Source of the DNA: a virus
Reading direction: 5' to 3' (one strand)
Virus record (IMG/VR): IMGVR_UViG_3300021373_002437
Location: 1 to 64,000 of that record
DNA: 64,000 nucleotides
In this document: positions 59,171-64,000 of the stretch, piece after piece
Layout: the number at the start of each line of letters is the position of its first letter
Position numbering within the stretch: position 1 is the first letter of the stretch
The notes under the pieces: model-generated
Database searches by the model: none
Seen by the model: the letters and a program-made list of their open reading frames with translations, nothing else
What the model was told of the DNA's origin: nothing
Program-made: the position numbers and the translations under genes

Positions 59171-59920
59171 ATGCCTACAAATCATTATTTCCAATCAGGC
59201 AACACCAGTGGCACAACTGCTGAACAGCGACTAGTTGAAGACTTGGTTATTGAGAGTTTAAAAATTTACGGACACGATGTTTACTACGTGCCCCGGACTC
59301 TCGTGGATGAGGATGAAATTTTTGACGAAGATACTCTGTCCGAATTTAATCAAGCATATCCACTAGAAATGTACCTAGAGAACGTAGAAGGGTTCGATGG
59401 GGACGGTGACCTGTTCAGTAAATTTGGTATAGAGGTTAGAGACAAAGCAACCTTTGTAATGGCGAAACGCAGATGGGAAGATAATGTAATCACATCTGGT
59501 GGAACTTTTACTCAGGACTCAAGACCATCTGAGGGTGATCTTTTATTTTTTCCTAAGACTGGTTCTCTGTTTGAAATCAAGTATGTGGATTTCCAGAATC
59601 CTTTTTATCAATTGGGTAAAATCTACACCTTCAAATTGGAATGTGAATTGTTCGAGTACAGTTCAGAGAGATTCAACACTGGTATTGAAGACCTTGACAA
59701 CATCTATACTGATCAGAATCTTGACATGCTGCAATTTGAATTTTTACTGGAAGACGATACCAAACTTCTTCTGGAAAATTCCAGCAACTTGATACTAGAA
59801 GAATATGCTGCAGTCAAGTCTACAGAGAATACCGACAACATTAACTTCACCAATACTGATGAAGCAAGTGATATATTGGATTTCACTGAGATTAATCCAT
59901 TCGGGGAAATAAGAAACTAG
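59171..59920 (+). CDS. gp14: Neck protein gp14
   Basis: EQRLVEDL..ES.KIYG.DVYY.PR, SKFG.E.RD, P.EGDL, FYQLGK, C.LFEYS.E, NPFG. Confidence 0.95.
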   Translation: MPTNHYFQSGNTSGTTAEQRLVEDLVIESLKIYGHDVYYVPRTLVDEDEIFDEDTLSEFNQAYPLEMYLENVEGFDGDGDLFSKFGIEVRDKATFVMAKRRWEDNVITSGGTFTQDSRPSEGDLLFFPKTGSLFEIKYVDFQNPFYQLGKIYTFKLECELFEYSSERFNTGIEDLDNIYTDQNLDMLQFEFLLEDDTKLLLENSSNLILEEYAAVKSTENTDNINFTNTDEASDILDFTEINPFGEIRN

Positions 59921-59921
59921 T

Positions 59922-60935
59922 ATGTTTAAGAATAAGCAATTTTATCACCAGCACGTAAAGAGAGCAATCGTTGCTTTTGGTATGATATTCAATAATATCA
60001 ATATCAATCGTGTGGATGGTAGTGGCATAACCCAACAGGTGATGCGGGTTCCTTTGGCGTATTCTACCAAACAGAAGTTTCTGTCTCGTATAAGATCGGT
60101 AACAGATACTGAATCCCGTGGTGAGGTTGCGATCAATCTGCCTAGGATGGGTTTCGAGATTACGAGTCTGGACTATGACTCTACAAGAAAAATCTCCCCC
60201 ATACAAAAGAACAAGGTAACCAACAACAGTTCCCTTAACGTGTCTCGGGCATACGTATCTACACCCTACAACATGTCCCTGTCCCTGTATGTTTTTGCTA
60301 AGAATCAGGAAGACGGTCTTCAGATCATTGAGCAGATTCTTCCATTCTTTAACCCAGATTTTAACGTGACAGTCAATGAGTTGCCTGAGTTGAATATTAA
60401 AAGAGATATTAAAATTACTCTGGACAATATAGGCTATGATGATTTGTACGAAGGGCCATTTGCCGAGAGACAGAGCATCATGTGGACATTGAACTTCACA
60501 ATGAGACTCAACTTCTTTGGATTTGTTTCTAATGAGAACATCATTAAAGAAGCGATTGCCAAGACGTATGATGATACGGATAGTTCGAACATTAAGTCTT
60601 ACTCACAAATCACTGCCAGTGTTGCGACCACCAATGCTACGGCTACTGCTGTTACCGATGGTGATGCTATCACAAATGTATTAATCGACCATATAGGTAG
60701 CGGATACATCAACGCACCAAACATCACAATTTCTGGTGGTGGAGGTTCTGGTGCCACGGCTGTAGCCACAATAGAAGATGGTTCGATAAACACCATAACT
60801 GTTACTGCGGGCGGTACAGGATACACCACAGCCCCAACAGTGACTATCGATGCACCACCAGACATAGTTGACCCACCGGGACCAGATGACCCGTTCAGGT
60901 TCTTACTGGAATTTGAAAATGTTATTGAGGATTAA
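59922..60935 (+). CDS. gp15: Tail sheath terminator gp15 with C-terminal extra domain
   Basis: FYH.....IVAFG..FNNI, VPLAY..KQKFL, LPRMGFE, QI.EQILP.F.P. Confidence 0.93.
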   Translation: MFKNKQFYHQHVKRAIVAFGMIFNNININRVDGSGITQQVMRVPLAYSTKQKFLSRIRSVTDTESRGEVAINLPRMGFEITSLDYDSTRKISPIQKNKVTNNSSLNVSRAYVSTPYNMSLSLYVFAKNQEDGLQIIEQILPFFNPDFNVTVNELPELNIKRDIKITLDNIGYDDLYEGPFAERQSIMWTLNFTMRLNFFGFVSNENIIKEAIAKTYDDTDSSNIKSYSQITASVATTNATATAVTDGDAITNVLIDHIGSGYINAPNITISGGGGSGATAVATIEDGSINTITVTAGGTGYTTAPTVTIDAPPDIVDPPGPDDPFRFLLEFENVIED

Positions 60936-60937
60936 AA

Positions 60938-61384
60938 ATGAGCACTTTCGATAAACTGGATGAAACATTTAATACAGAGTCTACTGAAGAACTTCCTATT
61001 GAAACTAAGGTTGAAGAGGAAAATCTTCCAGTTGTGGCTTCTGAAGACCTTCCAGAAAAAGAGTTGGAGGATGACTATCAGTCAGCAAGACAGACTCTGA
61101 AAGACGCTGAGAGCTTTACTAAAGAAGCCATACAGGGCATGATGAAGGTTGCTAAGAATAGCGATCAACCCCGAGCATGGGAAGTGACTGGACAACTCAT
61201 AAAAACCCTGCAAGATAATGCAGGAGCTATGATGGAAGTCCAAGAGAAAAAGAAAAAGGTTACTGGAGTCACGCCAGCAGCACCCAATAAAGTCACCAAC
61301 AACATTTTAATGGCAGGGACAACAAAAGAATTGCTGGATGCCTTGAATAAAAAGGACGGTCCCGTAACAATCGATCATGAGTAA
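60938..61384 (+). CDS. gp16: Terminase small subunit gp16
   Basis: DDY..AR..L, PRA.EV.GQLIK, TNN....G.T.EL. Confidence 0.92.
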   Translation: MSTFDKLDETFNTESTEELPIETKVEEENLPVVASEDLPEKELEDDYQSARQTLKDAESFTKEAIQGMMKVAKNSDQPRAWEVTGQLIKTLQDNAGAMMEVQEKKKKVTGVTPAAPNKVTNNILMAGTTKELLDALNKKDGPVTIDHE

Positions 61385-63029
61385 AGCACTAAATTCCTAT
61401 CATGGAAATCCTAACCTAAAAGGTCTTGGATATCAACATGAGTTTACGGAAGACGAATTAAAAGAATACGTTCGATGTAAGAACGACCCAATCTATTTCA
61501 TAGAGAATTACTGTAAGATTGTAACTCTAGATGATGGTCTTCAATACTTTAAATTATATGAGTGTCAAAAGAAAAAAGTTGACCTCATCTTAAATAATCG
61601 AAAAGTAATCTTGATGGAAGGTAGACAGCAGGGTAAGACTGTAACTGCCGCAGCCTGTATTTTGTGGTACACCATTTTTGACTCAGATAAAACTGTTGCC
61701 ATCATGGGTAACAAGACTGCCTCTGCTCGTGAGGTATTAAATCGTTACCAGATCATGTATGAAAACCTACCTCTGTGGATGCAGCAAGGTGTTAAGACAT
61801 GGAACAAAGGTGACGTTGAATTAGAAAACGGTTGTAAGATTTTCACTGCTGCGACCACCGCTTCTGGTATTCGTGGTAAGTCTGTTAACTGGCTGTATAT
61901 CGATGAGGCTGCAATCATTCCAAACAATGTCGCAGATGAATTCTTTGCTTCAGTATACCCCACGATTTCAGCGGGTGAGACTACTAAGATTCTTCTTACG
62001 TCTACTCCACTTGGTTACAACCACTTCTGGAAGTTCTGGAATGAGGCAGAGAAGGGTCATAATGGTTTCGTACATCACTTCATCCCGTACACTGAGATTC
62101 CGGGCAGAGATAAGGCGTGGGCTGATGAGCAATTCAAGCTACTTGGTGAGCTTAAGTTTAACCAAGAGGTACTTTGTGAGTTCCTTGGTTCTGCCAACAC
62201 CCTCATTAGTGCTCGTACAATTGCGAACCTTAGCTCTAAGGAGCCAATCTTTTACAACGATGATGGTCTCAACATATATAAGGCACCAGAAGAAGGTCAC
62301 TTTTATACCATCATTGCAGACACTGCGAGGGGTATTGGTGGAGACTACTCAGCCTTCGTGGTTATTGACATAACTGAAATGCCTTATCAAGTTGTGGCTA
62401 AGTACCGGAACAATAAAGTCGCTCCGATGCTATATCCAGAGATAATAAATAAGATAGGGGTGGATTATAACAATGCGTTTGTCCTGATTGAGAACAATGA
62501 TATTGGTGGGCAGGTGGTAGAAATTCTTCATGAAGAAATTGAGTATGAGAATATCTTCCAGACAGCCACAGAAAAATCTCGACAGTATGTAACAGCGGGA
62601 TTTGGTAAGACTAGTAGATTGGGGGTCACCACTTCCAAACAAGTTAAAAGGCAAGGATGTTTTTCCTTTAAGTCACTTATAGAGGAACAGAAGCTTCTCC
62701 TTTTTGATGCAGATATAATCCATGAAATTTCTACCTACATTGAAAAGGGACAGACCTATCAGGCCGATGAAGGATATCATGACGATCTGGTAATGTGTTT
62801 AGTTTTATTTGGGTGGCTTTCCACGATGCCTTTCTTCGCAGACCTTGTGAATGTTAATACAAGGGAAGAATTGTATAACCAGATGGCACAAGAAATACAG
62901 AAACACATGACTCCATATATAAGAAATGATGGAAATACCCCAGCACCGGCAATGGTTGCTTCAGGAGATTATTGGATAGAAGATGAAAAATTTGATGACC
63001 ACTACAGAAAAGCCTTCAACCTCGACTGA
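61377..63029 (+). CDS. gp17: Terminase large subunit gp17
   Basis: GNPNLK, RQQGKT, IDEAA, TSTPLG, DTARG, HDDLVM. Confidence 0.97.
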   Translation: MSKALNSYHGNPNLKGLGYQHEFTEDELKEYVRCKNDPIYFIENYCKIVTLDDGLQYFKLYECQKKKVDLILNNRKVILMEGRQQGKTVTAAACILWYTIFDSDKTVAIMGNKTASAREVLNRYQIMYENLPLWMQQGVKTWNKGDVELENGCKIFTAATTASGIRGKSVNWLYIDEAAIIPNNVADEFFASVYPTISAGETTKILLTSTPLGYNHFWKFWNEAEKGHNGFVHHFIPYTEIPGRDKAWADEQFKLLGELKFNQEVLCEFLGSANTLISARTIANLSSKEPIFYNDDGLNIYKAPEEGHFYTIIADTARGIGGDYSAFVVIDITEMPYQVVAKYRNNKVAPMLYPEIINKIGVDYNNAFVLIENNDIGGQVVEILHEEIEYENIFQTATEKSRQYVTAGFGKTSRLGVTTSKQVKRQGCFSFKSLIEEQKLLLFDADIIHEISTYIEKGQTYQADEGYHDDLVMCLVLFGWLSTMPFFADLVNVNTREELYNQMAQEIQKHMTPYIRNDGNTPAPAMVASGDYWIEDEKFDDHYRKAFNLD

Positions 63030-63585
63030 CTTTATTACTAAGTTGGATTTTAAGTTTGATGTGGCTGCTCTGAGAGAGGATATGGATGACTTTACATTTA
63101 TGCTGGACGATTACAGCAGGAATGAGTGTACAGTCTATAACCAAATGGGATTGAAGCACAGGAAGGGTGCTGAGAATGTCCATATAGATTCCATGGGGAG
63201 TTTATATGACCGTGAAAAAAAGGAAGTCATATCAAAAGAAAGTGACTTCTCAGAGTACAATCCGAATATCGGAATGTACACTAAGTCTGTTATAGAAAAA
63301 ATAGAAGAAGAACAAAAAATAAGAATAGGTAGAGCCAGATACATGACCCTACTACCCAAGACGGGGCTAAGTGTACACTTCGATATAGAAGAGAGGCTAC
63401 ACTTAGTATTGAAAACCAACAAGACTGCGTTCATTGCGAACTATACAGGGGATGAAGGTTGTGAAGCTATTTGTACCCATTTACCAGCAGATGGTTACGT
63501 ATACAAAGTAGATACTACCCGAAACCATTTTGTATATAATGGTGGTTGGGAGGACCGCATTCACTTAGTTCTATGCATTACTTGA
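62983..63585 (+). CDS. 2OG-Fe(II) oxygenase, aspartyl/asparaginyl beta-hydroxylase-like
   Basis: GRARYM.L.P...LSVHFD...RLH...DT...H.VYNGG..DRIHLV; true start uncertain. Confidence 0.75.
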   Translation: MKNLMTTTEKPSTSTDFITKLDFKFDVAALREDMDDFTFMLDDYSRNECTVYNQMGLKHRKGAENVHIDSMGSLYDREKKEVISKESDFSEYNPNIGMYTKSVIEKIEEEQKIRIGRARYMTLLPKTGLSVHFDIEERLHLVLKTNKTAFIANYTGDEGCEAICTHLPADGYVYKVDTTRNHFVYNGGWEDRIHLVLCIT

Positions 63586-63597
63586 ATTTCTGTTATT

Positions 63598-63605
63598 TAT
63601 AAATA
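63598..63605 (+). promoter_or_regulatory. Late promoter TATAAATA for gp18
   Basis: Intergenic consensus upstream of the AAGGAG SD. Confidence 0.75.
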
Positions 63606-63656
63606 TTCTAAGTAATTTACAGAAAAACGCAGTAATTTTTAATAAGGAGAAAAGAT

Positions 63657-64000
63657 ATGGCTTTTCAGCTATCACCGGGAGTACAGGTAACAGAAAAAGA
63701 CCTAACTTCAGTTGTTCCCGCAGTGGGAACTTCCATTGGTGGTTATGCAGGCGATTTCCCATGGGGGCCTTGCAACGAAGTAACCACAATCACAAGTGAA
63801 AACGAATTAGTAAGACGTTTTGGTAAACCCCCTGCTACTGCTTATGAGGGTTGGTATTCCGTGGCGTCTTTTCTAGCTTACACTGACAACTGTAAGGTGG
63901 TTCGTGCAGTAGATACTGCTGCTGCTCTTAATGCCACATCAGATGGTGCAGGGGTTCTGATTACAAACGAAGACGATTACGAGAACAACCATGAAGCTGG
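63657..64000 (+). CDS. gp18: Tail sheath protein gp18 (partial, runs off the window)
   Basis: MAFQLSPGVQVTEKDLT..VPAV.TSIGG..G.F.WGP...FGKP. Confidence 0.95.
   Translation, partial: MAFQLSPGVQVTEKDLTSVVPAVGTSIGGYAGDFPWGPCNEVTTITSENELVRRFGKPPATAYEGWYSVASFLAYTDNCKVVRAVDTAAALNATSDGAGVLITNEDDYENNHEA

Noticed and set aside
63594-63605. Palindromic TATTTATAAATA giving an antisense late promoter toward the oxygenase gene
   Set aside because: An AT-rich palindrome easily arises by chance, and there is no minus-strand gene to serve

Overview
This 64 kb window is part of a large T4-like myovirus genome, resembling marine/aquatic T4-like phages. It carries gp33/gp59/gp32, the baseplate block (gp29-like, 26/51, 54, 2, 4, 48, 53, hub, 5, 25, 6, 7, 8), a VrlC-like protein, gp13-gp17 and the start of gp18, with TATAAATA late promoters. 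Two accessory enzyme islands stand out. (1) At 1-17.4 kb a tightly coupled operon has seven radical SAM enzymes (one B12-dependent, six with an N-terminal Cys-rich twitch-like domain), three paralogous His/Asn-motif proteins of unknown function, UDP-glucose dehydrogenase, an SDR, a 2OG-Fe(II) oxygenase, a NodU/CmcH carbamoyltransferase and an unannotated 42-aa peptide ending PFIYD. (2) At 51-58 kb, inside the virion genes and with late-promoter-like motifs, are five GT-A glycosyltransferases, a methyltransferase-like protein and an oxygenase next to a (Y/F)TG-repeat protein. Together these suggest a phage-encoded glycan or protein-tailoring system, possibly for virion decoration (inference). 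Non-coding highlights are a circularly permuted (two-piece) tmRNA with a long structured intervening sequence, an unexplained ~100-nt structured RNA upstream of it, a (TAAAC)6 operator-like tract before gp32, and a candidate -1 ribosomal frameshift (T TTT TTC) fusing gp26 to a start-less gp51-like frame. All calls come from reading motifs by eye; no database searches were run.
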